The notes under the pieces are model-generated. The model was not told the origin of the DNA. It ran no database searches and was given only the letters and a program-made list of their open reading frames with translations. DNA of 63,639 nucleotides, filler included, from Atractiella rhizophila (Eukaryota): the NCBI GenBank assembly GCA_021432655.1. It is 14 parts of 14 records of this genome, joined end to end, with 100 filler letters (N's around TTAATTAATTAA, not from the genome) between each part and the next. Parts side by side here need not be neighbours in the genome. Positions count along the whole stretch, not along the records: positions 22,995 to 27,465 come from MU272457.1; positions 27,566 to 32,034 come from MU272458.1; positions 32,135 to 36,602 come from MU272459.1; 11 more parts are not named here. One strand, given 5' to 3'. The stretch's first letter is position 1; the number at the start of each line of letters is the position of its first letter. Below are positions 24,350 to 35,834 of the stretch, in pieces. The position numbers and the translations under genes are program-made.

Positions 24350-27070
24350 TCATTGCACATCATTTCTCCGAGATTTCTTAACAAGTTCCGGTGCATTGGC
24401 AGGTAACGCAAGAGCAGCATCTACCGCAACTCTGTAGAGATCGTTTTGGCGTCCGCGACTCAGATTATGAAAAATGCTTACCACGGAACACGCTCCGCAA
24501 CCTGTGGAGATATTTCAGTCAACGTTGAGGCAGTCGAAATTTGACTTACAAGCAGTGTCAATGGTCAAGTTTCCAGTGGCCCAATTAGTCCAAAACTTGG
24601 CTTGCTTATCAGTTTTGATGGTTCGATGGAACCAGGAACTTACACTCCTTTCAGGATGTCTGTAAACCACAGCAGGTTGCAGGGGCTGCTAAAGGCGTTT
24701 AATGCAGAATGAAAAGGGATATAAAAAGTGCTGTGGTTGCGTCTCATGTTAATGCACTGGCACATGTTGCGTGCCCAGAAAGGTTGACATCGACGGAGAA
24801 GATAATATTTGAAACATGGACCAGTTCGTGGCAACATTATACTACGCACCGCAATTAATTGCTCTTCAGACCTGCTTGATCATCTCCAAAGAGAATAGAC
24901 GAAACATGTCCGCAAATCGACGGACCTAAAGTTTACTCACAACTGGCTTCTTCCCTGTGATCGATACATACCAACGTCAGCAGCGGCCCATAATGACGGA
25001 CTGACCACAGTGGTTCAACTGTTTGCATGAATATGATATGTCACAGTACGGAATGGAAAGCTTGGACGTTCTCTGATGCATGACAGCGGAACTGAGTGGC
25101 ATTCAGATTACCTAGAATGTAGTTGTTGCCGGACTCATGTTCATATAGGACTCATTACGGGGAATGATGGAAAATGTCTCTTACTCTAGAAATGGTGACG
25201 GACTTGCCGCAAAACACAGGAACATTCAAGCCGTTGCGAACGCCCCACCCCCCGTTACAAATTGCAAGACGGTGAAACAATGTGTCTAGGACCGATTCTA
25301 GCCATAGACACAATTTGGCTATCTTTGTCCCACCGCTGAACGGATGCCAACTACCAATCATCCGAGAAACACACCTCAAAGGTCAAAGAAACCATTTTAC
25401 TCGGCCCCAGCGCTCCTTCCGTCGCAATGTCATTGAGCTACTGGTCCGTTTCCTTTGTCCTTTGAGCTTTGGCGAAACCACGAGAGCACCGCATGGATGG
25501 TGTGGAAAATATAAAAGCTCTCGATCCTGGCTGCTTCAGGTCCAAGCTTTTTCCGGTCAGAAAAGGGTATTCAAGAGTTCAAAATAAAACATGCAATTCT
25601 CTGCGATTTTCTACAGCGTCATGGCATTCTCCGTGATATCCTGCGCTTCATCTGCCCCTGCAGTTCGTAGTGCTGTTCCTATCATGGTTTCCGAAGAGGA
25701 GGTATGGTGTATCGAGTGTCGTGCTGTCAGTTAGCACAAATAGTCCAGAACTGGGTCGGTCTATCAGTTTCAAGCAGCCTGGAGCAGTCAAGATGGAAAA
25801 AAGCTCACCTCTTCGTCCGAGACAATGATTGGTCGTCCGCCTATGATAGGCGTTGCACAAGTGGAAGTTGTCTTAGAGATTGCTATGGCAGTCTAGGAAA
25901 CTGCTGAGAAGTCCGTCATGTTGCTCTGAGATGGCCGTTTTGTGTTGATAACAGAAGTGGCTGAGAGAAATATCCTGAGGTCCTACATGTCTTTTTGACG
26001 ATCTTGTCTGCCGTTTGTGGCTGTCAAGAATGAGTGAGATCGTCAAGCAGAAAGATTCACGACAGCAAGGTTTGGCGATGGAGCGCAAGACTAACTGTTA
26101 CTGTTACTGAAATGCCTCCGTTGCGTTGAAGAAATCATGATTTCCACTTATAAAAAGGAGGAAGACAGATGCATCTATGCTTACCGTTTGGAGCTGAGCT
26201 GTTGACCAAGGTTGAGGCCTTTCAGGACATATTATGGGCATGTCCAGCTGTTCTTTGACTGGTCGGCGTATGTCCTGAATATGTCTGTGTTTCCGTTTGG
26301 AATGGAAACTAGACTGTCCACTGTGTGGATGGAAGTAGATGAAAATACTGTAGCTGAGCAGTGGCGTCTTTGGAATGGTGCACCGAAGACAGTCAATTGA
26401 TGTCTCGATTCAGATGGAATCAGTGCTACTCTTTCAGTATGTCTGTGGCAATTTAGAATTGGAATCTACAGACATCTATAGCAACCTCCACTACTGTCCT
26501 TACTTACCCACTATCCGAGCGATGATACAGATGTTCCCATCATTTCCAATAACTGCTGCGATTGTTGGCGGCCTGTAACCGCAGTGGAGCGAGGTCAGAT
26601 TCGCATAGGAAGTCGAACAGTACTATGATATCAGTTGCGGAAGCCGCCAATCGAGTATGAATTGAAACAAACGACTGGTGGGACGGTCCTGACAACTTGC
26701 TCATTATGCGGTGCAGATATTCCAGCACCGTTACACCTACACCGCAAACACTAAGTCACCTTCCTCACACAGGCATCCCGTCTGGTCTTTCTCGACCCTA
26801 CGAGGACTGCAACAAGAACGCCAACGTCCTCGAATCGGACTGACACATACTACGCAAAGAACGTAGCGAGCTGGCGGACGAACCGTGGTTCACATACAGC
26901 TTGAATGCAGGAAGCTGCGTCACTACTTTTGGAGGCAATTTTGATACAGACGCTTTCCTCTGGTCAAACTCGTCCACACCTTCATCTCCCCCACGCTTAA
27001 GGAAGAAGAGAATACTGCCGCATTCCTGCCCTCCCCAGTTTTGATCGAATGACGGCACAGCTAGCACAAC
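24350..27070 (-). pseudogene. Unidentified multi-exon gene, apparently decayed
   Basis: Many short protein-like blocks bounded by gtaag/gtgag donors, with isolated in-frame stops (e.g. SWTCP*YVLKGL, NCRGR*SAG). No family recognised. Confidence 0.3.
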
Positions 27071-27565
27071 TACGCATTCAAAATGTCAATTGCACTTCTG
27101 CCTCGGCTCACAGAGATAGAGCTAGACGCATCGAGCGTCACAGACCTCCTCGCCTTCCCAGGTCAGTTCGCGTGACTGCTCTAGTCGGTGGTCCTCGGTC
27201 CTGCGGCCCCTCGAAAGATGCATCAGCGGTGTGATGGGAGGAAGATTGCCTTGTACCTCCTCTCTTTGGTAAGAAAGTCATTGCTCAAGTCTATCTATTG
27301 AACCTTTCCTGACCTCTGCCTGGCACCGATGACTAAGACTGCGTCAGAGGTCAAGTTGTTCAAAGACACGATTCCGGAGTTTGTGGGCAAACATCGGGTT
27401 CTTCTATCATCTTGATCTCTGTATACCAGGAGTTACATTGACCTTGCTAGCTTCATATCGCAGGANNNNNNNNNNNNNNNNNNNNNNNNNNNNNNNNNNN
27501 NNNNNNNNNTTAATTAATTAANNNNNNNNNNNNNNNNNNNNNNNNNNNNNNNNNNNNNNNNNNNN

Positions 27566-27842
27566 ATTGTGGGAGAAGAGGGGCAACTATTCTTTGCTGC
27601 CCAAGTGTTAGAATATAGGAAAATTGTTAACCGAGTCCTTGACAGAGAGGTATGCTATTCCGTACTTATTTTAAAGTCTCTGGGTTACAAGTAAAATGTA
27701 GATTAACCAAGGAGCCATTCCCACTGGCATTCCCCTCTCTGGATCTCTTTTCATTCCTCCCACTGCCGATTATGACCATTTACGGCGAAGAAACGTTTCT
27801 GGTGTCCGGAAAAATTTCTCGTTGAACCTCTCCTTGTCCTAA
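27566..27842 (+). CDS. 3' end of a hypothetical gene (2 exons)
   Basis: IVGEEGQLFFAAQVLEYRKIVNRVLDRE|gtatgc..tag|INQGAIPTGIPL...NLSLS*; the splice keeps frame. Confidence 0.4.
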
Positions 27843-28798
27843 CTCCTGAATACTTTCCTGGCTATAATATGGAGAAATGTCGAGGCTAAAGCAGACCCTG
27901 CAGTCTGGCTTGTCACAAGCACTGCAGATGTGCTTGCTGGGGCTGCCACGGTCTCCCATTTGCATCCAGAATGCAGTTGATGGAAGAAGCATATCCTATC
28001 ACTACTTCCTTCAACAATGAGCTTTCCTCGTGCCTGACCTTCAGCAGCCAGGTTCTTTCCACCAGCTTCAGAAATGGTTCTGGTGGAGTAGCAGTTGTTG
28101 TATTTATGACCGTTGTACAGGCACCAGACACACTGATCATCTTTTCTTGTCACGATCGATGGGCGTCTGGCTGTGGTAGGTGCGGATGGCTTGTTTGAGG
28201 AGTGGTTCTCGAACTTTGTACGAAAGGGCTTCTGTGCATGTGTGTGAGTTGCGAGTGGTGCGTGGCTCCTCAACTTGCTTTCGACTTCAAGGAGCATCCA
28301 TTGTTCCCGCTCTGGAACATAATGAGCGCATATCTGATCTAGGGAACGAAAATGACTTGAGGGATTGCTTTGGTGGATCTTTTGGCGTTTAATGGCTACA
28401 CATAGCCAGATTGGCCAGTCATCGAACCAGGCTGCCGAACTGTTGGAAACCACACGGAGGCACGAGGTGTCGTGGGCATCCTTGATGAAGTCGATGAAGC
28501 GGCGTAAATCCCGGAGGCGTTGCTGGAGTTTATGCTGTGTTAGTGGTTCTGGATTTCTGCTCGATTTCCTCCTTGATCGACCTGGTAAAGCAGATTGCTG
28601 GAACGTAACTGTGTGGGTTGGAGAGGATCCACTTCTCCATCTTGTTTGCGACAATCTGGTGGAAGGGACAACATGAGTACACTGTACTCCGTCATGTGAT
28701 AACCGCAAGGAATCGCGGTGTATTCTATCCAACAATTTGGGGATAGGCCATTGTTTTATAAAGCCTTTGACTTGTGAATTTATTACTTTGAGACACAT
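27780..28798 (-). mobile_element. Gag-like ORF with a CCHC zinc knuckle and a second Cys/His finger, similar in layout to ORF1 of DIRS/Ngaro-type retroelements; no RT follows
   Basis: CVWCLYNGHKYNNC is an exact C-x2-C-x4-H-x4-C knuckle. It is followed by ICFFHQLHSGCKW and, after a 1-nt shift in a G run near 27955, KHICSACDKPDC. Confidence 0.55.
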
Positions 28799-28993
28799 TG
28801 TGGCATGGAGCGTGCAGCTCTGCGGTACTTTGGTACTCTGGGTACATTAAGACAAGAAACACGAGGTTCTGCCATGCTACTTTAGGGTACATTATGGCAA
28901 GGAGCACAAGACTCTGCCGTACTTTGGTATTTTGGGGACATAATAGCATGGAGTGTAGAGCTCTGCCATACATTGGTACTTTGAGGTGCATTG
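28795..28993. repeat. Degenerate minisatellite, about 4 copies of a 45-50 bp unit
   Basis: Consensus is roughly ACATTATGGCAWGGAGCRYRRRGCTCTGCCRTACTTTGGTACTTTGGGT, with units of 49, 45, 49 and 50 bp. Confidence 0.8.
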
Positions 28994-29364
28994 GCAACCT
29001 TGAACTTTGAGGTCAGAGGGTTATTCCCAGTTGTATGTTGCTGCGCTGCAGAATACTTTGTACATTGGGGACTTACATAGAGTTCTGGGGGGGGCTTTTG
29101 GAAGTCAAGGTCCATGCTTTAGTCGAAAAGCATGTTACTGCGGTCTTTCATGGCAGCACTCCTGTCCTTGGCCAGCTGAATAAGCTTCGTCTCCCCATCT
29201 TCCTCCCGTGGCCGCTTCTGGGGTTGGGTAGATTGTCTGATGGAGGTGCTGGGGCTGGGTCCAGGACCGAAGGGTTTGATCGGAGCAGGGTGGTGTAGGG
29301 AGGAAACGAAAGGTCGATCGTGCGGAGGTGGGCAGCTCTTGGTAGGGACATTTAAGCTGACGAG

Positions 29365-29822
29365 CTAGTGATGCAGTTCGTTATGTTCATCCGTTACTGC
29401 TCTCGTCTCCTCCTCAAGGACGTCTTTTTCCATCTTCAGCTTGTCCACCTCCCTCTGCAGCTCTCCTACTCGTCTTTCTGCCAGGTGACAAGCCTCGACC
29501 CAGGGGTCGAAGGCGCTCCTATTCCAGGATACTGTGTCTGTTTCCCTCATGAAACTTGCTTTCACAAGCCGGAAGACATTCCAAAGCCACCTTTGGGACA
29601 TCTTCCACTCCCGAAGCCATGATTGAAAGTGGTCTTGAGAGAGGTTGTGACGGAAGGTTTCCACCAGTGCTTCCGCGATCGGGTACTTGTCGAAACGTCC
29701 TCTTCCAAGCCCTCACGCGAGTTCCTACGGCGTGGGGGCACGGGCTCTGCCGCTTGTGTTCGGGATGCTTCCTTTTGTCCAGGAGCACCCTCTGGGTCAA
29801 AACTGATGCCTATGGTCGCCAT
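29365..29822 (-). pseudogene. Hypothetical coiled-coil gene fragment
   Basis: ORF 29365-29664 contains the heptad-like AERRVGELQREVDKLKMEKDVLEEE. Flanking frames are broken. Confidence 0.35.
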
Positions 29823-30404
29823 CAGGAGAATTATTCAAGTCCTTCAATTTATGGTCAAACATGTCGGTGGGTAGGAGGACACAGGGGATTTCCTGAACAG
29901 GTGCAGAAGACTTGGACAGCGAGCTTCCACTGGGACAAACGACCTCAGAATTCCTCTATCGATTTGCCTAGTTGGAAGATCATGAAACACTGGATACACT
30001 CACTGGATATCCTGCCTTTTGGATCAGGACTAAGTCTGCTGCATCTGTGTCATGATTTAGCCGATCTTGGGTTCTGTCAGCAAGCAGAAATTAACGAGGT
30101 GGCTACTCTAATGTCTTCTCCTAACAATACTACACCAGCCTTACGAGATATGCTGCGACAACTTCTGCCTGAAGGACTTAATGTGGATTTAGGCGATCTA
30201 TTCACTTTTATCGTTCAATACTTGCATTCGGAAAAAGGCCTCTCTCTCAAAGTCAGAACTTGGTTTGATCCTTCTCCTGCCAATGTGGAACATCTTCTAT
30301 GCAAAGTTCGTCGGTTCCAGACCAAGATTGATGTAATTGAAGCTCCTGGATGGGATGGAAAGGGAATCGAGGATTCGTTCCCATGGTACATGAACAAGAT
30401 ATAG
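29790..30404 (+). CDS. Helical protein fragment with an HhH-like motif and a C-terminal EHxLCK motif
   Basis: ILPFGSGLSLLHLCHDLADLGF and NVEHLLCKVRRF lie in the open frame 29556-30404. The 5' part overlaps an opposite-strand fragment, so the true start is unclear. Confidence 0.55.
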   Translation, partial: LWVKTDAYGRHQENYSSPSIYGQTCRWVGGHRGFPEQVQKTWTASFHWDKRPQNSSIDLPSWKIMKHWIHSLDILPFGSGLSLLHLCHDLADLGFCQQAEINEVATLMSSPNNTTPALRDMLRQLLPEGLNVDLGDLFTFIVQYLHSEKGLSLKVRTWFDPSPANVEHLLCKVRRFQTKIDVIEAPGWDGKGIEDSFPWYMNKI

Positions 30405-30552
30405 ATTCTGATAGAAAAATGACTATTGAACTGGACGATAAAGTTACAAAGTCATCATACAGGCAAAAGTGAGGCATCGTACAATTATGGTATTAGGTCA
30501 CTTGCTTTATTAGTCCAAGTATTTTTTTTAAAACACATCTTTACTGTTCACA

Positions 30553-32034
30553 TTATTCCCAAAAATCGGTACTCTCATCATCGCTTCCATCATGACCACT
30601 CTCCCAGTCTTCATACGCGCTGTCTTCAGTCCGGAGACTACCAAACAATCGGCGAAGATCGAATAGCTCATTTTCATTAATGAGGCTTGAGTCACCGGTA
30701 GGGTTTGTCATTTTCTTATAGAAGTCACGCTGTAAAGCCGTCACTGTGTTAGCTTGAGAATGAATGATAATCCCCTCTTCACAAAGGGCATTGTTTTGCT
30801 GTCTAAGTTCTTGTGTCCGAGCTATATATGTTTGGACACCATCAATCAGAGTTAGCAGCTGTGTTAGAAATATTTAGCACCTTGCCTATGATAAAGCATA
30901 AACCTGCCTCATCTATCAAGTCAAAGATTTGTACATTTTTCTCGAGAGGAATCCATGTAGCCAATTCTTGTGGCGATATAGTTGCCATCAAAACAGCTTG
31001 AAGCTTGATGAAAACATCCCATACTGTGCTCCAAGTTACGACCAGATCTTCAGAAGAGAATTGAGCACGTGCGCCATGGTATCGTTCTTTAAAGGAGGCA
31101 GGATAGAGGTAGAAGCATTGATGATCTGGAGGACATATTTCGGCTTGAACTGTATCGACAATATTTCTGGGTACTTGAAGCTATAACCCCAGGAGAAGTC
31201 AGTTTACTATAGACTATAATGAGACACACAGTTAGATCAGACCGCCAAATCGATCAGCATGATCATATATTGTATTAGGAGCATGACCTTGTGGTAAAGC
31301 CTTATGTTTTTGAAACCTCTTCTTCGTATTGTTGTATCGTGCTTGTTCTTCATCTAGAATTTGCTGGATCCATGGCATTACCAAGGCACGAAAAAGAAAT
31401 CTATCGTCAAGTCAGGAAAGGCTTCAAGAAATTCAGAGTAGATATACATATCGAGAACCTCTTCTGGGTCATAAATACCATTCTCCACAGCCTATTGTGG
31501 AAGGAACTCCAACATATTGAAGAAATATCTTCAGAGAAAGCTCCACAAACTCTCAGGTTTGATATTTCCATGGCCAAAGAGAAACTTGTGATATAAGATC
31601 AGTCCCTTGGCCCCATTGTTTTCCATCATTCGTCGCATCAAGGTCTGAGCATTGCAAATACCATGATTGTCTGTACCTCGATCAGATTGTGTTCCTGTAG
31701 GAATAACTGAAACTTCTTTTAATTTTGGAGTTGCAAAATAAAGAAGAGGCATACTGTTGCGGTTCGGATCAGTAGTGCGCACACAGTCGAAGTAATAGCT
31801 GGCAATAAGTCGAGGATGGTTGGAACGTCCAACTCTAAGCCACATTATCTTATCAGAATATGGCTCAATTCCAACATGAAAATGGATACCGAATCGTTTC
31901 AGCTCCATACATAAAGGTACTAGTCAGCCTTAATTAACACTAAGGACTATGGATATTTAACCGACCTTGTCATGCTGATCGAATGTCCAGCGATCATTCT
32001 TTCCAACAACCCAGAAATGTTTGCGGGCTCCAAC
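30553..32034 (-). mobile_element. Decayed integrase-core (rve-like, IS3EU/IS481-like) DDE transposase, 5' truncated
   Basis: FWVVGKNDRWTFDQHDK|..LKRFGIHFHVGIEPYSDKIMWLRV..PRLIASYYFD..TQSDRGTDN..NIKPESLWS. The D, D, E residues fall in DQHDK, QSD and KPE. In-frame stops begin at 31533-31531. Confidence 0.75.
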
Positions 32035-32134
32035 NNNNNNNNNNNNNNNNNNNNNNNNNNNNNNNNNNNNNNNNNNNNTTAATTAATTAANNNNNNNNNN
32101 NNNNNNNNNNNNNNNNNNNNNNNNNNNNNNNNNN

Positions 32135-33328
32135 CAGTGATGAAGAGGACATGCCCAGGCTCTCTCCTAACACTACGTTGCCCTTCATGGACCTCGTCCG
32201 CCGACTTACAACAACTTCGGTTGGATTCCCAACCATCAGAGGTTATGAAGAAGAATGTAAGTTCTCCAAAGAGAGCCAATACTATACTGAAATGGCTGCA
32301 GATTTCTGGACCTGCATCACTCCTTTCTTAAGGGAAATTGGTAGTATGTCGATGCCTGAGGGAGACGCCTCTGACCAAGCAACTATAACTAGCCATCGGC
32401 CTACGGATAGGAGAATTCCAATCTGCAAAGGCCCGCCGACTCCCTTTTCAGGACGATAAATTTATGGAAATAATCTCCTCAATTTACTTCCTCCAACTCT
32501 CTCTTCCATATCTTGAACCAGCTCTACTCAAGCTCGAACGTGAATTCCTCACTGTGTTCCCAACCAATGCCCTTTATTTTGTTTCACTCATCTCTATTGC
32601 TTGGTCCAACGAAGTTTGCCTTCTTGAGAGCATCATTCAGCAAAGAGAAGGGGATTGTGTCCCCGACGTTAGGAAGGCTGCAAAACTGGATCGAGTGGCG
32701 CCATTAGTGAATGGGCTACTGATAAATGCTGCCAGGACCATTGCCTACGTATTTCATGTGAGCCATTTCTATGTCAAGCTATATTGAGTGGCTCTGACCT
32801 TGCTCTGTAGAGGCTACGAAAACTCGGCAAAAAGCTGGCTTCCTTTTCATCACTCACGGTTATGGCCCCTCAACTTCCTATGCTTGCGTACTCGTTGGTC
32901 CACTATGAAATCAAATCGATGCAGGCGAAAGTGCAGGAGACGTTGCCATTTCTGCCAGGTCTGACCGATCATCCGCCGCCGGAAACTGCTCAATGTACAT
33001 TGGAACGAAAAGTGCTGGAGATTACTTGGTGTGCCTTGCTTTGATAATGTGTTCGCCATTGACATGCCAAGACAGGCTGATGGAAGGCATAACGAGCTTG
33101 AGCTACCTCCATGCGGATAGTGCGCTCAACGACACGTTCAAGTACTTACTTGTAGCGCGGCAGCATCTAATGGGAGGGGCATGCGATTTTCAACCTGGGA
33201 ACAATGAGTTCGAAAAGACTTCGAGCGCAGAAGATTCCCCTTCGCCTTCCACAAGCGACTCGGTGGATAATATTCATCTGTTTAGAGACACGTTGGGCAG
33301 CAACTTCTTTCAAGCAGGCTCCACCTGA
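32135..33328 (+). CDS. Hypothetical multi-exon protein, 5' truncated
   Basis: Successive ORFs 32151-32459, 32464-32787, 32862-33044 and 32993-33328 are separated by intron-like GT..AG segments. No family assigned. Confidence 0.5.
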
Positions 33329-33542
33329 CTAGCGGTCACAAGATCACAACGTTCTCGAGAATCCATATGTTGTGTAAATAGGTTTACTCCTGTCGTGTTA
33401 TCGTTATCTTGTTAGTCTGAAGTCGTGACCAGCTCTGTGGCTCTCGCACAGGGACCAGATATTATGTTGAATGCTTTGTGTCATTTAGTTTTTATGTCTC
33501 CGAGAATTTGACATTTGCTTTACTATTCCTAAAAAGGCATCA

Positions 33543-35834
33543 TCACGAAGCTCGAAAAAGGTCAGCGATTAAAGTGGTCGCTTCTTTCCTGAAATCATCA
33601 CTAATAGGAGCAGTGCCATTCACAGCAGTGAACTGGATATCCTGGCCTGTGGCGTAGGAAGGCCACGTTGGCACTGTCACCACAATCAGCGAGCCGTTCA
33701 TTGAGGATATGCAGGGCATATAAAAAGCTTACCTGTCTTTCCGTTGGGGTCTTTTCCGTTAATGAAGTTAACCTTTGAAGAAAGGTAAGTTGCCACCACA
33801 GTTTGTAGAAGAAATGTACCCAATAATCGATAAATTCGTTTTGCAGCCTCAGGAAAGCTGCAGGGTCAGAAGCGGTCCCATCCGTGGGCCAGGTAGCGAA
33901 GGGCCAGTGGAGTTCACTTGAATGGTAAGCTGGAGTTGAACACAAGAAACTTCAGCCTTGCTCTGTGCTCATATTTTAGGAAGAAACATACCTCCGACAA
34001 GCTCGCCAATGGGGCCAGGCGGTGGTTGGCTGAAGAGGTATGAAAAGACGGGCTGGGTCTGCACGAAGTGGGAGGTCAGGAAACGGGTAGACGCGAGGAA
34101 GGTGCTGTCCCCATTGAAGTAGCCAACCTTCGTTATCAGTCACAAAGGATTAGCGCCAATCTATTGCTGTATTGAGATGGAACTGGAACTGACCATTGTC
34201 GTGTAACTCGCACCCTGCAGACTCGCATCGTTCTCATAAGCCGCTACAATCTCTTCTGCTTTCGCAGTAGTGACATTCAGCGAGAGCTGGACAGCGGCGA
34301 CAAAAGTGTCATGGGTATAGGTTCCGGTAGCAAACCTGCAGTATGTATACTGTAAGTAACAAAGTTAATGGATGAAATAGCTGAATCGTACCCTTCGTTC
34401 TTATTCGTCCCCTGAATCAGTGGCACCATGTTGTACCGCTTCCCCTCCACTCTTGCTCTTGGGAACTCGGTCACATAGTTTCCAGCAACAACAGGAGTAT
34501 AACCAGCGAGGCCGCCTTGGATCACTTGCTGTGATTGTGCAAGGAGCTGGGCGAATGGTAAAGCGTCCAAACAGTCGTAGGCTGCTTGAGGCGTGGTTGA
34601 AGCCTGAGTTCCGCACCCTGTGTAGTTAGCGAGTGTCCAGAAAGGCGTGTTGGACGGAGCATTGAATCCACTGCCAGAAAGAGGAGTTGAATGATACCCT
34701 GAAAGACGAAATAAGAAGGCGTACCGAAGAATGTACCCGCTGTCGATTGCTCCGGCTCTAAACAAACCTGAAGGTCCATAAAGAACATGTGTCTCCACGC
34801 TACCTCCTCCAGCACTCTCTCCCCAAATAGTCTGTCGTGCCATTTCAGCAAATGATGGTAAAACAGCAGAAGTACACACAATCTGGTTCGGGTCGCCACC
34901 GAACGCCAGAACGTTGGCTTTAATCCACTTGAGGGCTTGCAGCTGATCTGTGAGCCCAAGATTGTAATCTTGAGGTTTAGTGACCTCGCTGTGTTGGAGG
35001 AAACCAAAAGCACTAGGGGTGACATGAACTGGACGTAAATGGCGAAGAAATTTGGACGGACTTGAGGCGATAGTTCATCGCCACGTAGATAACAGGCTCT
35101 CCAATCGCCATCGATCGCGTCACAATAGCAGTAGGGTCATATTGACTGGCAGCTCCGTCTGTGAAACCACCTCCGTAGCTATCCACGCAATGAGTTCAGT
35201 TTAAACAGAACTGGTGGAGTGGCGCACATCCAAACGAGAACAGGCAGAGGCTTGAGTCCAATGTTGGCAGGTCGAACAACGTTGAGGTAGAGGCAATCCT
35301 CTGAAACGGTGCCGTTATAGTTTGTGCCATAGCTGCTCCCTTGTTGCGTTTGAGGGCAGACGGGTCCCCAGTTTTTTGCATCCTGGACTTTGAGGTTGGT
35401 CGACAAGCCAAGCGGTTTTGATGCCTTGAATCTGTCCGGAGGGGTTTGAGCGTAAGGTATGCCTTATGGGTGAATATTCTCAATGATGAACAAAGAATGA
35501 GACGCGAGAAGGCAGACCTAAAAACCAATCGGTATTCGAGGTCGTATTTGTAAAGCCTTCATAGATGCCAGACCAAGTGGTAGCACTTCTCTACTGTCAA
35601 CATCCTTCGAGGACAAAGTACAAGGAAGGCTCACATCGGCTTCCTGGTAGTGGTAGCTGGTGCAGCATACACATGCTGAGCCAACTGAAAGCCCAAGAAT
35701 GCTATGGAAGCAAGCACAACCATGACTTTCGACGCGTGGGAGAGCCTCTTCAGGTAAGTATGGGACCTCGCCTGGCCATCTTCCTCCTGGGTAGAGCTCG
35801 TTTTATAGGCATCACGACTCCCTCTCAGCGCCAT
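33543..35834 (-). CDS. Type-B carboxylesterase/lipase (COesterase family), secreted or membrane-anchored
   Basis: SEDCLYLNV, YGGGF, NYRL, NLGLTDQLQALKWI, FGGDP. Catalytic triad: GESAG (Ser), GTNKNEG (Glu), YHSSEL (His). Ends DDFRKE..RAS*. Hydrophobic segment VMVVLASIAFLGF near the start. Confidence 0.93.

Noticed and set aside
28795..28993. CRISPR-like array
   Set aside because: The units are contiguous and degenerate with no unique spacers, and the context is eukaryotic.
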